From NCBI GenBank assembly GCA_043228905.1, contig JBHGNT010000001.1, forward strand, positions 2,108,001-2,172,000: a stretch of 64,000 nt of DNA, given 5' to 3'. The translations under genes and the position numbers were made by a program. Under the pieces are notes generated by a model, which worked only from the letters and a program-made list of their open reading frames with translations, made no database searches and was not told the DNA's origin. Positions 14,436-28,000 of the stretch are shown piece after piece. Position 1 is the first letter of the stretch. Each line of letters begins with the position of its first letter. Origin of the DNA: Azolla caroliniana. Lineage: Eukaryota > Plantae > Polypodiophyta.

Positions 14436-14469
14436 CCGTCTTTAACCCTTCTTCTTCTCTTCTCCTTTT

Positions 14470-14625
14470 ACTTTGTTGATTTTTTTAACCCTAACCTTTG
14501 ATTCTTCTTCTTTGTTGATTTTTTCTTAACCCCAACCATTGATTTTTCTTCTTTGTTGATTTTTTTAAACCCTAATTATCGGTTCTTCTTCTTCTCTTCT
14601 ATGTTGACGGTAAACCTAACCTTTT
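14470..14625. repeat. Short ~41-bp tandem repeat with aaccctaa (telo-box-like) cores just upstream of the coiled-coil gene ATG
   Basis: Three to four imperfect copies of ctttgttgatttttt(t)aaccctaacc...ttcttctt. Confidence 0.6.
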
Positions 14626-15030
14626 TTAATTCAACTTCTTCTCTCTATATTGATCATAAACCATAGCCTTTGGCTGCTGCTCCTTCTTCGTCTTCTTCCT
14701 GCTGTTTCTGATTCTCCACCTCCTCCTGTGTTGGATTGTTAACCCTAATCGGACACTGAACAATCATCGTCAAACAAAACACAAACAAAACAGGTACTCG
14801 ATCAATTTAATTTATTTGAAAATTTTAGTGCTATTTTTTGTTTTTCTGAAAAATAAGAAATAAGTTAGAGTTAAAATTATATATTTATGCTTTGCGTGCT
14901 ATAATATATAGCATGCGTATGTAGGTATATATGGATGTATGTATGTATGTTGACATTACCGTGGCCATACCCTGAGCCTTTTGGCAAGCTTCGTTACCTT
15001 AGGCACTATGACCTTCTCGCGCCACTTTTA

Positions 15031-16646
15031 TATCTTGCTCCTTACTTCCTACTTAATTTATAGTTGATACAACAAAGATACCCATTTGGGTTGGTGGCTA
15101 CCAGCTAATGCATGCATGCGTGTTAAAAAGGTGGCACAAAGGTACACCACAACATGAAGGCTTGGAGGTTGGCCAATGATGCAACATCAGCCATTGTTAC
15201 CTAGCCGTTTTGCGTTTGAGACTCATTTTGTAATTTCCTACCGTGACGTCGTACGTGGTCGTAATTGATTGAAGATGAAGCACTTGCGGCGCCCTTGTGC
15301 ATCGCAAATGGGAAGGTTGCGGCAAGCCTCCAATTGAACGTTGTCGCGTTGCTACGCGCGTGCGTGGAGAAGGGCGGGACCACAGGGGTCTTGGACTAAG
15401 GAGTAGAGGAGAAGGAATCGGACATGGAATGGAAGCTTTGCTCAAGAAGAAGAAGAATGAATAAGAGATTAGATCGAACAAGAGGAAGATGGAGACAAGA
15501 TGATCAACAAGATGTATTAAAACGAAATGAACGATTACAAAATGGTGGCCGCATAGGCCGCACCAAACGACTGCTCGAAACCCTAACCGACGAAGATGAA
15601 GATAAAGATAAAGAAACCCTAACCCTAACGCTCGACCTATGTGGTATACCTCGCACACTCAAAATAGGCAACCCCCACAATGGTGCCTTCCCTCTCCTTT
15701 TATAGCACAAGGAGGGAAGACCGTTTACAAAAGTGAGACTAAAATATCCCCTTTCATTCAAAGGGGATATTTGCCTTGATTTGGGGAGGGTGAGATTGAT
15801 GGCCCCTTAACTCCCACCTCCACACAAACAACTAGGTACCTATGTACCGCATAGTACCTCTCTCTCTCTCGCGTGTGGATGTGTGCACAAGACCACATCA
15901 CCTTTATACCTTAGGGATCCTATGGGGCATTTCTAGCACCATACACTTTACCCTTATTACTATTACAAATACATTATGTACGTGTGCAACGTTGCACATC
16001 GCTCTTTAGCTCTCGTTGCTCGGGTTTCCGCTTGTGGACGAAAATCTTCTCGACAACGTCTTGGACATCAATGTCTATGGGGGGCGCTCCCTGGTTGTTC
16101 AGTGGTAGCGGGGTCCTCGTTGAATGTCTTGGGACCTTGGTCCCGGGCACGGCAGGCGATGTCATGGCGTAGACGGGGCCACAAGAAGAAAAGTTTGACA
16201 TGGTCATGCATAATGCGTCCTCAGAGGGCAGGTTGGAGAAGGATTTTGGGCGGATCTTGGAATCAGGACGATCATGAGACCATTCAAAGTTGACTGAGAG
16301 GAAGGAGAGCATAACCTAATTTGTGTGACTGATTTGAATCATGGTGTTGGAGAGGACTTGCATGAGCTACTCCATTCGGAAGTGTCGTGGTCACTCGTGA
16401 GGTTGCAGGAAGGAGTTGGGAGGCCATGAACAAGGTGGTGGGCTAGTGGTTGAGATTGTACCTCACTTTTCCACCAATATGCAAAATGCACATAGAGAGG
16501 ATCCAAACTAGTCTATCTTGCTCCTTACTTCCTGCTTAATTTATAGTCGATACAAAGATACCCATTTGGGTTGGTTTGGCTACCAATTAATGCATGCATA
16601 CATGCACGAAGGCTTGCTAAAAAGGTGGCGCAAAGGTACACCACAA
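15031..16646 (+). repeat. Pair of ~125-bp direct repeats (15031-15152 and 16514-16646)
   Basis: Both read tatcttgctccttacttcct.cttaatttatagt.gataca...gatacccatttgggttgg...aaaggtacaccacaa. Confidence 0.85.
15195..16460 (-). mobile_element. Degraded Ty3/gypsy relic (LTR-like segment plus integrase/chromodomain-like fragments)
   Basis: Starts tgttac and carries a reverse TATA (ttttatag ~15698). Minus-strand peptides LFFLWPRLRHDIAC (resembles integrase zinc-finger region) and DVVEKIFVHKRK (chromodomain-like start). No TSD found. Confidence 0.4.
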
Positions 16647-16824
16647 TATTATGGAATCTCAGTTTCCCAACATAATTTGTTACATTCGAAACTTATTGTT
16701 TAAAATTTTGCTTACAAAACGCAATCTAGTCAAAACCACACCATATTAGAACTTAAAACTACAAGTGGATTCGAGAACAACTATCCACAACCTAGCATTG
16801 TGTTAACAAGTAGTTGGCATAAAT

Positions 16825-19708
16825 GACGCTACCTTCATCATGAAGGCGTAATGCTACGCCATATAATCGTTGTAGTTGAAACGACTTACGAGGTTCTTTT
16901 CATGGGTCGATTGGTGGAGTTTCTCGTTTGCGGATACTAAGGCTTTCTTCGCTCCATCTGTCCAGATAATTGAGATGTCTAGGCCTTCGAACTCACTGTC
17001 AAGGGAGTGAGTCGACGCGTTGTCGATTGGATCTTCGTATTCGAACATCTTGGCCTTCCCTTTGTCGAGTTTCGGACTCGGTCGAAATGTGCTTTGGTCA
17101 CTCAGGGGCTCCCGTGGTCCACTAAGCCGTGTCGTAATCGGGCTTTCTTCGAACATGCGTATGAGCCGATCTTCGTCTTCTATCTCCATTTTGGCAGATT
17201 CCGGGTCAAGCGGAGTCAAAGTCGAACTTCTTTCTAGTGCGTACCAGGATGGGACTCGTCGAAGACTACGTCTCGACTTGTTCAAGCTTTTCGGGTAGAT
17301 GGGTTGTAGGATTTGTACCCCTTCTGTTCGAGTGAGTATCCTACGAGGATACATTTCTCCGACTTCGGGTCGAGCTTTTGTCGTGTATCGTCGGGAATAT
17401 GTACGTGTACGTAGGCAATAGAGCTGAAAATGCGGACATGTAATAAGTTCGGCTTCTTTCCAAAGAACTTCTCATGAGGAGTTACGTCATGTACTCCCGA
17501 GGTTGTGCACCTATTCATGAGGTATACGGCCGTGTTCGCCGCTTATGCCCAGTACGATTTCGGCAGGATCTTCTCATTCATCATAGCCCGTGCGACTTTT
17601 ATTATGTGCCGGTTTTTACGCTCAGCTACGTCGTTCTGCTGAGGTGTGTGACGACATGAGAATTCTCGTCAAATTCCTTCCTTTCGGAGATACGTCGTAA
17701 ACACATCCGAAAAGTATTCTTTGCCTCCATCCGATCGAAGGTTGCGTACGTGCCGACCCGTAGTTTTTTCGACTTCGGCTTTGAATCTCTGGAAGAATCC
17801 AAACACTTTGCTCTTCTGTCTCATCAAGTAGATCCGGGTGTGCCTAGAGAAGTCATCGGTGAATGTGACGTAATATCGGCATTTGCCGAGTGTGCTTATC
17901 TGGGCCGGTCCCCATACATCTGAATGTACGACATCCAATATCCCTTTGCTCACATTCTAGTCTTTCGGGAATGGATGTCGGCGTTGCTTTCCGAACTGGC
18001 ACGCTTCGCATACGCCCGTAATCTCCTCCGCAGTAAAACTCGGGAGTCCGATTACGACTCCTTTCAATTGCATGTTCTGAAGCTTCTAGAGATTGATGTG
18101 ACCAATTCTCTTGTGCCACAAGTTTAGGTCGGTTTCGACTATGAGGCCCTTTGCAAACATGGCCGATTTTACCTCATTCAATTCGAGGACAAACATACGG
18201 CCTTCACGACGGTCGTGAGCTACGACTTGATCTCATCATTGTTGAATCGTACCTGCATTCCTTGTTCGACAATCTGACTGACCGAGACCAGGTTTTTCGT
18301 GATGGTAGGTACATGCAGTACGTTCTTGAGATAGGTTTGTTTGTCATTGTTTCCGAATGGGACGCTCCCAATATGTTGTATTGGATGAGTCGTATCATCG
18401 CCTATCTCGACATATCCGGGTCGTTTGGGTTTTCTTAATTCCAAAAACAATCTTCATGAGATGTCATGTGGTTGAATGCTCCCGAGTCAACAAACCATAT
18501 GTTATTTGAGGCGGAGGCGCTATTTGAGGCTTGTGCTAACTTCGAGTGTGCTTTGTGCCTCATTACGAACATTCTGCCACGGTCGTCGTAGTCGAAATTT
18601 GTGGCGTAATTTGTAAACATTCCGTTACGATTGTCGTAGTCGGAATTCGATGCATAATTTGTGAGTTGTCGGCTAGTTGAAGCCGAGTCTCGTATCTTTT
18701 TCTGACACTCCTCTTCATAGTGGCCGTGTTTTCCACAGTACCCGCATTCGGTCAGGGTATTACGATTTCTTGGTCCGGCGTGATGACTCCCCCTTCTGCC
18801 GAACTCTCTGGGGGACCATTCCTGTCGCTTGCCATTGGTGGGAGTTATGCTCTTGAGTATGCCGACCATTATGGCTTTGTTCGAATTGACCTCTATTTCC
18901 ACGGCCAAAATTTCTTCTATCATCCGACTGGGAGTAGAGCTTATGACCCTCTGGTGCGTTGCTCCTTTCTCAAGCGTGATTTTCCTCAACCAACAATATT
19001 GATTGGAGATCGAAATATGAAGGAGGGTTCTCCCTTGCAAGGATGGTTGATCTAATCGAGCCAAATCGGGGTGCTAAGCCGCCGAGGCATATTTGCACCA
19101 TCTCGTCATCGTTGATTACGACATTAATCGAACCAAGGGCATCACACATCTCCTTGATCTTTAAGGTATAGCCTGTGATCGACATGTCCCTCTGTTGCAT
19201 GTTGTTTAGTTCGTGTCGAAGTTGGCGCTTTCATGCAGCCGTGTTGGCCACAAAAATCTTCTTGAGATTTCCCCAAGCTTCTTTTGGTGTTTTCGAATCT
19301 CGAATATAGCCAAGCATATTATCATGAACGCATGATGCAAGGCAATACAACACACGACTTGCGGCCTACTCCAAAGCGGGATAGTGGGTGTGTGTTGGGT
19401 TGGGTTGAGTTTCATGAGCTCCTTCAATGTAGCTCCAGTAACCTTGTCCGATGAGGTATTGATGCATCTTGTATTCCCAAGATGAGAAGTTCATTCTGTT
19501 AAGCTTCTCGGTAGGAAGAGCGCTTCCCATCTTAATGTTCATTATGTCGATTTCTTCTCTGTTGATGAGCTGGTTCTGTTGATCGTCGGCGTGTATCACA
19601 ACACAGTTGAATAGATTCGATTAAGCAACCACACGCTCTGATACCATGTAAATAAATGGAGTTGGTGGTGTAATGCAACGAAAGATAATTGAGTGACTGA
19701 GTGTGTGA

Positions 19709-19763
<55 letters not shown>

Positions 19764-19990
19764 CACGTAAGGCAAAACAGAGAGAGACAGAGAGAGCTTA
19801 GGACAGAGATAAAAGACTGTATATTACATTAACCAAAATACTTCCAACAGTAACTAAGTTACAAGGGGTTGGTTTAAATACCAACTAAACTAGGGCAAGG
19901 GCCCTTTCTACTATTTACAATACTAGCATGGTATGTCCATGAGCTAGTGTGAAACCTATCTCTATGGGAAGTTGAGTTCAACTCTCAACA
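16825..19990 (-). mobile_element. 3'-truncated Ty1/copia LTR retrotransposon (5' LTR, PBS, gag, protease, integrase; no RT or RNase H)
   Basis: LTR 19647-19990 (TGTTGAG...TACA on minus) and tRNA-Met PBS TGGTATCAGAGC (19635-19646). Gag with CGYCGKHGHYEEEC knuckle, protease WFVDSGA, integrase VHSDVWGP and LRSDGGKEY. Many frameshifts. Confidence 0.93.
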
Positions 19991-21417
19991 TTTACAAAGC
20001 AATAATTTTGATCCAACTTGAAGTGGACACAAATTCTAATCAGGCCGCCAATTCATTGGGTCAACCTTGTCTTCACCTTCACATTAGTGTCACCACCTCC
20101 TCGTGTAACAAGAAGTAAACTATTGTTTCACTCTTGAGCACGTGGGTGGAATATAGGGGCATGGTTTCTACTTTTGATGTCATTTGCCTTAAATGAATAT
20201 TGATGAACTTCAAGGAAGCAATTTGGATAGTTTGCAATGAACGAGCAATATAAATATTTAATGAATGTAATAATCCCTACCCAAACTAAGTATGTATGAG
20301 GTGCATGCATTTTGTTCTGATGCTTGCACAAATCTTTCTCTTACTTCATACCATTAACATCGCGTCTCCTTGGTATTTCTCTTACTTGATGAGAGTGCAA
20401 GGGAATCGGTTGGTATATCCAACACAACTTTTGTATTTCTTATGATTTTATAATTACCAGGGCGTATCCTTTTGTCAAAAAAAATTGACTCCTTGGAGCG
20501 GGATACCTTGATTATACGTATGCTTTAGTACAAACAATAGAAACCTCTAATTGCACATCACATGAAATCCTAATTTAACCCATGTAGCAAAATTACGGGC
20601 ATATACAAGGTTAATTACCTAAAAGCAACAAACAAAGCCCAATAACTCATATATATGTGCTATAAACCACTAATTTAAAGAAGCAAAGCACACATGTATG
20701 TATGTTCACTAGAGAAACCTCCAAAAATGCAAAGTGAATACCTTTCAAACATAAGAAAAAAGCAAATACTAAATGCTAAATATTGAACTATACAAATCCA
20801 TGGAAAATCAAATCAGTGATTTGCATGAAACCTTTAAACCTAGGAGCCTCTATAAAAGCAAACATTCTTCGAAGAAAGGTGAGTGGAGTGGGACTTTGAG
20901 AATTAAAGCATACGAAAGGCAAGCTTGATCAAAATGATAAAGTATAACTTAGACATGTATGATATGACTTTACCAAGCTCAAAAAACCAATAATTCAATA
21001 CCATCAAATATGATGACGAGTGTGCCCTTGCTACTCAATGTTGATCAATTCGTCACAATGATAGTGCATTTGGTTGATTATAACAATTAGGATTCTAAAA
21101 GAACAATTATGATGGGCGTGGGAAACATGAGAATATGATGCCACAAATGACATTAGCTCTAGAGAGTGGAGTGGGACTTTGAGAATTAGAACATAAAAAA
21201 GGTGAGCTTGATCTAAATGATAAAGTATAAGCTTAGACATACGAGTTTACAAAGCTCAAAAAACCAACAATTCAACAGTATCGAATTGTGCCCTTGCTAA
21301 TTAATGTTGGTCAATTCATCACAATGATAATGCATATGGCTGATTATAACAATTAGGATTTTAAAAGAATGATTATGATGGGTGTGGGAAACGTGAGACA
21401 TACGATGCCACAAATGA

Positions 21418-21971
21418 TGTTAGTAATGAGAGTACTACCGGTTACAACCGGTTGATACACGTGCCTACAGGGGTGCAAAGATCGAAATGACAAAAACCAA
21501 TAGACGGGAAATAAAAGTACAGAGACACAAGAGTTTTTACGCGGAAACCCGAAAGGGAAAAACCATGGGAGTCCACAAACTCCAAAAAATCACTATGGTA
21601 GGAGAATGTACATAGGAGACTCTAGGGCAACAACTTTAAGCTCCTTTTCGCATGATGACGGCTACGACAGAGTTGCAACTCCCTCTCACTCTCTCTCCTA
21701 CACTCTCTTACATTCTAGTTACACTAATGATTTGCCCTAAGTGTATTTATACTCATACACAATATGGGCTAATTTACAAATATAGCCTATTGTTGAGAAT
21801 CGAACTCAAATTCCCTTAGAGAGAGTGTTCACACTAGTCAATGGACATCGTACTAGGATATTTTTGTAATTAGTAGAAACTTGGGCACTTGCCCTAGATC
21901 AGTTGGTATTTAAACCAACCCTTTGTAACTTAGTTATTGTTGGATGTAATATATAGTTTCTTGTTTAGAGT

Positions 21972-22022
<51 letters not shown>

Positions 22023-22259
22023 CACATACACACACACACACACACACATAGTCCTTCCGCTACACAAAATCACCCTCGATTCTTTACACCTACTAAGGGC
22101 ACATTGAGGCTATTTACAAATATCACCCCGCGTCGGCTTCGACCGATTCGGCTATTGGCCGAATCGATTATTATTCGATGTTCGACTTCGACATATTAAG
22201 CTTACTCTTCTTTCCAACTCGTGCACTCCTACCCATCCGGAGGGACCAATTTCCTAACA
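21418..22259 (-). mobile_element. Solo LTR with a nested copia solo LTR
   Basis: Termini TGTTAG...CTAACA form a 6-bp inverted repeat. It interrupts a 285-bp repeat unit and has a reverse TATA (atttata). No clean TSD; orientation inferred. Confidence 0.6.
21791..22088 (+). mobile_element. Copia solo LTR related to the 19647-19990 LTR
   Basis: TGTTGAGA...TTTACA ends with TSD cctat/cctac. Shares agttggtatttaaaccaaccc.ttgtaacttagtta with the reverse complement of 19647-19990. Confidence 0.85.
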
Positions 22260-22396
22260 AATAGCTCTAATGAATGAGAGGTACTTCAAGAATTAAAACA
22301 TAAAAAAGGCAAGTTCGATCTAAACTATTAAGTATAATCTTAGACATATGAGTTGACAAAGCTCAAAAAATCAATTATTCAACACCATCGAATATG

Positions 22397-22793
22397 TTTT
22401 TTTATTTAGTAACGCTTTTATTTACTAATGGGAAACCTCAAAGTGAGGTGAAAACCCACAAAGAATAAAGAGAAGTTTGTAAGTGTTGATTAGACACTAG
22501 AGAGTTTAGAAGCACTCGACAAAGTAAATAGTGTAAATTTGCAGTGTGATGTCTCTAAGTTACACACAATCAAACAAAAATTGCACGAGGGATTGCTTAA
22601 AGAAGCTAACATGATGTTGTTGGTTTCGATCAAAGACCTTATGGGCTATCCAAATGGACCAAAGTGCCCAAAAATCTTGTCCATTGGAGAAAGTAGTCAT
22701 TGCTTTCCAAATAGCCAAAAGTGCTTTCCAAGCCTTGAACGAGGAAATCTATGGGAAAGAGATTCACTTAGTCTTTGTACAAATGTTGTATTG
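22397..22793 (-). mobile_element. 3' end of a LINE (ORF2 C-terminus and A-rich tail)
   Basis: T-run at 22397 (A-tail on minus). Minus-strand peptide FWALWSIWIAHKVF matches the W-x-IW...VF motif of plant LINE ORF2 C-termini. Its insertion point splits a 285-bp repeat unit. Confidence 0.6.
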
Positions 22794-24093
22794 TGTAAAG
22801 AATCAAGAGATGGATTCTGTGCAGCGGAATAGATATAAACTGTGTGTGTATGAGAGAGAGAGTGAGTGAGTGAGTGAGAGAGTGAGAGAGACAAGGAGTA
22901 AGACACAAAGAATATGCAAGATAGAGTATATTAACAAAGGAGAAAGGTGGGAGGAGGGTGCTTTATATAGTCACCCTCTCTCTTCATTAACTGCAAGACT
23001 CATGGAGCATGGGGAATGTGAAAGCTCATAAGTTATGTGTCATAGAATATGATTCTATGACTCATACTAAATGCTAGAATACAAAGTGGTGACATAATGG
23101 TGACTCTTGACCATTGGAGTGTCTATTCACTCTCAAGGTGAGTTCACACACTAGACCAAGTTGAGCTTGATTCTCAACACGCCCCCTCAAGCTCAAGTCG
23201 GGTTGATTTTAGATGGTATCCGGAATCTGCTTCAACTCGCGTTCTGGAGTCCGCGTCGACTCGCATCTATGCGGAGTTGCGGAATCCGTTCTCCAGCTTG
23301 CGTTGTGCGTAGTTGCAAAGTCTGTGCTTTGGCTTGTGTCTTTCTTCGCGGCTTTGCGTGGTAGATCGGCTCTTCGCGGCTTCGTTGCGCAGTTGCGGAA
23401 TCCACGCGCTATTGCGTAGTGTCTTCAGTACTCCCCCTCAAGCTTGGCAGGTCATGGATCGTCAATCCGAGATCGGTCATGAATTGCCATAGCTTGTCAG
23501 CTCCTAAGGCTTTAGTGAAGATGCCAGCCGTTTGAAGATTTGTGCTAATGTGTTATAGGTCGACATCGCCAGCTAGAACGCGCTCTCGGATGAAGTGATA
23601 GTGCACTTTGATGTGCTTTGTCTGCGCGTGGAACACCGGGTTCCGAGCCAGATAGATACTACTCATGTTGTCATAGTAAAGGGAAGTCGGATTCTTGATG
23701 GGTACGCCCAGATCCTTGAGTATCCTTCTGAGCCATACAACTTCACATGCGGCCACTGCCGCGCCCCTGTATTCCTCCTCTGTGCTCAAAAGAGCGACGA
23801 TTGGTTGCTTTTTGCTGCTCCAGGATATTGCTCCGCTGTCGAGGGAAAAAACAAATCCGGAGGTTGATCTTCTATCGGCTTTGTAGCAAGCCCAATCAAC
23901 ATCTTTGTACCCCTCGAGTTGTATTGGCATCGCGGACTTCTAGAGGATGTCGCAATCCATTGTGCCGCTCGCATATCGTAGAACTCGCTTAGCGCAATCC
24001 AAGTGAGTATCACGCGGTGTTTGCATGAATTGACTAAGGAGATTGACCGGGTAACTGAGATCGGGTCGAGTGATCGTGAGGTAGATGAGACTC
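22794..24093 (-). mobile_element. 3' end of a Ty1/copia (RT end, RNase H, PPT, 3' LTR), same family as 24735-30250
   Basis: LTR 22794-23179 is the reverse complement of the 24735-25141 LTR, with a PPT adjacent. Peptides SLIYLTITRPDL, DRRSTSG, WSSKKQ and KHIKVHYHFIRE. Confidence 0.93.
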
Positions 24094-25057
24094 TCGAATG
24101 TGGCCCATGTCCCGCGGTGCCCGGCCCAAGGACTCTCGTGTACGCCATAAGCAGCGCTTTCTGCTCGTCCTCCCTCGCCACTACGCAGAGTGGGGTGCTG
24201 CTTTGCTTCTTTCGGTGCTTCCATATGCTCCCTTCCCATAGGAAGAACCGGTACACCTTCTTCCGCACCTGGCAGGCCTCTTCTCTCGTCCACGCCGCGT
24301 CCAACGTCATCGTCCGTAGGAACCTCCCGATTCGAAGCCGCTCTCCATCGTATTCGCTCTCGTCGAACTCGTTAAGCGCCGGAGTGCTCCCAGTTGTCAT
24401 GCCAGCTGATTCGAAGAAGTCCTCGCCGACCTCTTCGTCTTCCGAAACCATGCCGCCTTGTCGCTGAACCGCGCCCTCAAAAGCATGTCGGTCATGGTGT
24501 TGTCCTTTCCGGAAATGTGTCGCATTTCCGGATTCAGGGACTTGACGTACGCTATCCACCGGAGCATTGCCAGGTCCGGCGTCGCACATCCGGAAACCAT
24601 ACCGAGAATCAACAGGCAATCCGTCTCAATGATTACTTCTGTCCCGATCAGATAGTCTTTGTCGGCCTTAACTGCCGAAACGATACCCCATAGCTCACGC
24701 TTAACTTGGGCGTATCCTTGTTGCCGCTTGCCCCTGTTGAGAATCAAGCTCAACTTGGTCTAGTGTGTGAACTCACCTTGGGAGTGAAGAGACACCTCAA
24801 CGGTCAAGAGTCACCATTATGTCACCATTATGTCACCACTTTGTATTCTAGCATTTAGTATGAGTCATAGAATCATATTCTATGACACATAACTTATGAG
24901 CTTTCACATTCCCCATGCTCCATGAGCCTTGTAGTTAATGAAGAGAGAGGGTGACTACATAAAGCACCCTCCTCCCATTTTGTATCATGTTGAGTCTTTC
25001 TCCTTTGTTAATATACTTTTAACCTTGCGTATTCTCTGTGTTTCACTCACTCACTCT

Positions 25058-25091
<34 letters not shown>

Positions 25092-28000
25092 TAACTCACA
25101 TCTCTTCCGCTTCACAAGAATCCATCTCTTGATTCTTTACATGGTATGAGAGCGATTTGGTAGCTTGGTCTAGCCCATTCGCCTCATCGTGATCGTGTGT
25201 TGTGCTCCACGCTGACGACCAAGAACGGGCTCATCGCTATCATAGCTTTGCTACATAGCTCGCATTCAAAGAGAGAAGAAGAAGAAGAAGAAGAATCGAC
25301 ATAATGAATACTCAAATGGGGAGCGCTCTCCCTACCGAGAAGTTGGATCGAAACAACTTTGCATCTTGGGAGTACAAGATGCACCAATACCTTGTCGGAC
25401 AAGGCTATTGGAGCTACATCAAAGGAGCGCATGAAGACCGACCCGCCGAAGCGGCTCTCGGATACGCAACATGGGAGCAAGCTACAAGCCGCGTGATGTA
25501 TTGTTTGGCGACATGTGTTCACGACCACATGCTCGGTTACATTCGAGAAACCAAGACGCCGAAGGAAGTGTGGGAAAACCTACGAAAGATTTTCGTTGCC
25601 AGCACGACCGCGAGGAAGCTTCAACTCTGCCAAGAGTTGAACAACATTCAACAAAGGGATATGTCCATCACGGCATACACCTTGAAGATCAAGGAACTTT
25701 GCGACTCGCTCGGCTCAATAAGCGTAAGCATAGATGATGATGAGATGGTGCAAATATGCCTTGGCAGCCTCGCACCACGGTTCGGCGCAAAGCGAACCGT
25801 CGTTCTAGCACGGGAGAAATCTCCCTCCTTCGAGCTCCAATCAATGCTATTGGTCGAAGAAAACCACTTGCATACAAGGAGCAATGAGTCGGAAGACCAC
25901 ATGCTCTACACGCACTGTAATGGAGGAAGAGGACACGGATGAGCGAGAGGCTGATTCGGCCAAGGAAAAGGCGGACGAGGTCCGACCTACGACAACAACT
26001 CCCAATTTCGGCCGCAAAACGAAGGCCAACAAGGAACCTTCGCAAGAAGGGGGAGCTTCCACTCCGGCCCGAGCCGTCAAAACACAACCGAATGCGGATA
26101 TTGTGGAAAGCTCGGCCACCACGAAGAAGAGTGCCGAAAGAAGATGCGTGAATCGGCTTCCACAAGCCGACAACTCACGAATTACGCGCACAATTCCAAC
26201 TACGAAGAGTATAGCGGAATGTACGGGCACAACTCCGACTACGAGGATCGTGGCGGAATGTACGCATACAACTCCGACCGTGGCGGAATGTTCATGATGA
26301 AACATAGAGCAAAGTTTATGTCGGCCTCTACCTCAACTAGTGCCGTCAATACGGAGGACGTATGGTTTGTTGACTCCAGAGCCTCAAACCATATGACATC
26401 CCACAAAGAATGGTTTCTTGAACTTTGAGAGCCAAAGCGACCCGGTTATGTCGAAACCGGAGATGACACTACGCACCCGATTCGGCACATCGGCAATGTT
26501 CCGTTTGGCGAAAGAGGTAAGCAAACATACATTAAAAATGTCTTGCATGTTCCCACCATCACAAAGAATTTGGTCTCGGTCGGCCAAATGGTTGAGCAAG
26601 GGATGCAAGTACGATTCGACCAAGAAGGGTGCTTCATCGAAAAAGAAGGCCGAATCATCGCACGCAGAAGAAGAGAGGGCCGGATGTTCATTCTCGATTC
26701 GCACGAGATGAAATCCGCCATGTTTGCGAAAAGCACGAAAGCCGACTCCGACATAGAGCTATGGCATAAGCGAATCGGCCACATCAATCTCAACAAACTC
26801 AAAGCAATGAGATCGAAAGGAGTCGTTATCGAACTCCCGACATTCAAAGAGAAGGAGATTGAAGGTGTATGCGAAGCGTGCCAATTCGGCAAGCAACACC
26901 GACACCCATTCCCGAAGGAGCGGAATGTGAGCAAAGGCGTACTCGACGTAATTCATTCCAATGTATGGGGACCGGCCCAAACGGCGACATTCGGCGGATG
27001 CCGATATTACATGCTCTTCATCGACGACTTTTCTAGGCACACTTGGATCTGTCCGATGCGGCAAAAGAGCGAAGTGTTCGGACACTTCCAAAAGTTCAAG
27101 AATGAAGTCGAGAAAGCCACGGGCCGACATGTATGATGCCTTCGATCGAATGGCGGCAAGGAGTACTTCTCGGATGATTTCATGGCGTATCTTCGAAAGG
27201 AAGGAATTCGGCGAGAATTCACTTGCTGACACACTCCGCAAAAAAACGGAGTAGCCGAGCGCAAAAATCGGCACATCCTCGAAGTAGCGCGGGCCATGAT
27301 GAACGAGAAGCATATGCCCAAGTCATATTGGGCTGAAGCGGCAAATACGTTGTCTACCTAATGAACCGGTGCACAACAGCCGGCGTGCACGAGGTCACTC
27401 CGCACGAAAGATTCTTCGGAAAGAAGCCGAACCTATCACATGTTCGAATATTCGGCTCCATTGCGTACATGCACATCCCCGACGAGAAGCGTCAAAAGCT
27501 CGACCCGAAGTTGGAGAAATGTATCCTCGTAGGATACTCACTAGAGCAAAAGGGGTACAAGTGCTATAACCCCTCAACCCGAAAATCTCGGGTAAGTCGA
27601 GACGTCGTCTTTGACGAGTCCGCATCCTGGTACGCACCAGAGACAACTTCGCCTCCGACTCCGCTCGACCCGGAATCCACCGAACAAGAGATAGAGGATG
27701 AAGATCATCTTACGCGCATGTTCGAAGAAAGTCCGATCACGACCCGACTAAGCGAACCATAAGAGCCTTTGAGCGATCAAAGCACATCACGGCCTAGCCC
27801 GAAGATGGACAAAGGCAAGGCGAAAATGGCGGAATATGAAGACGATCGCTTCGACGACGATGAATCGACTCACTCACTTGACAGTGAGTTCGGCGGTTTC
27901 GAGGTACCAATCGGAGCTAAGAAAGCCCTCATCTTTGCAAATGAAAAACTCTGCCGATCCACCCGTGAAAAGAAGCCCGTAAGCCGATTCGGCTACAACG

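Larger units (their letters stand above)
20880..22396. repeat. ~285-bp tandem repeat, left part (interrupted by a solo LTR); continues at 36719-37125
   Basis: Recurring unit gagtgggactttgagaatta...gcttgatc...ttagacat...gctcaaaaaacc...tgtgcccttgcta...atgttgatcaattc.tcacaatgatag...gggaaac.tgaga...gccacaaatga. Confidence 0.85.
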
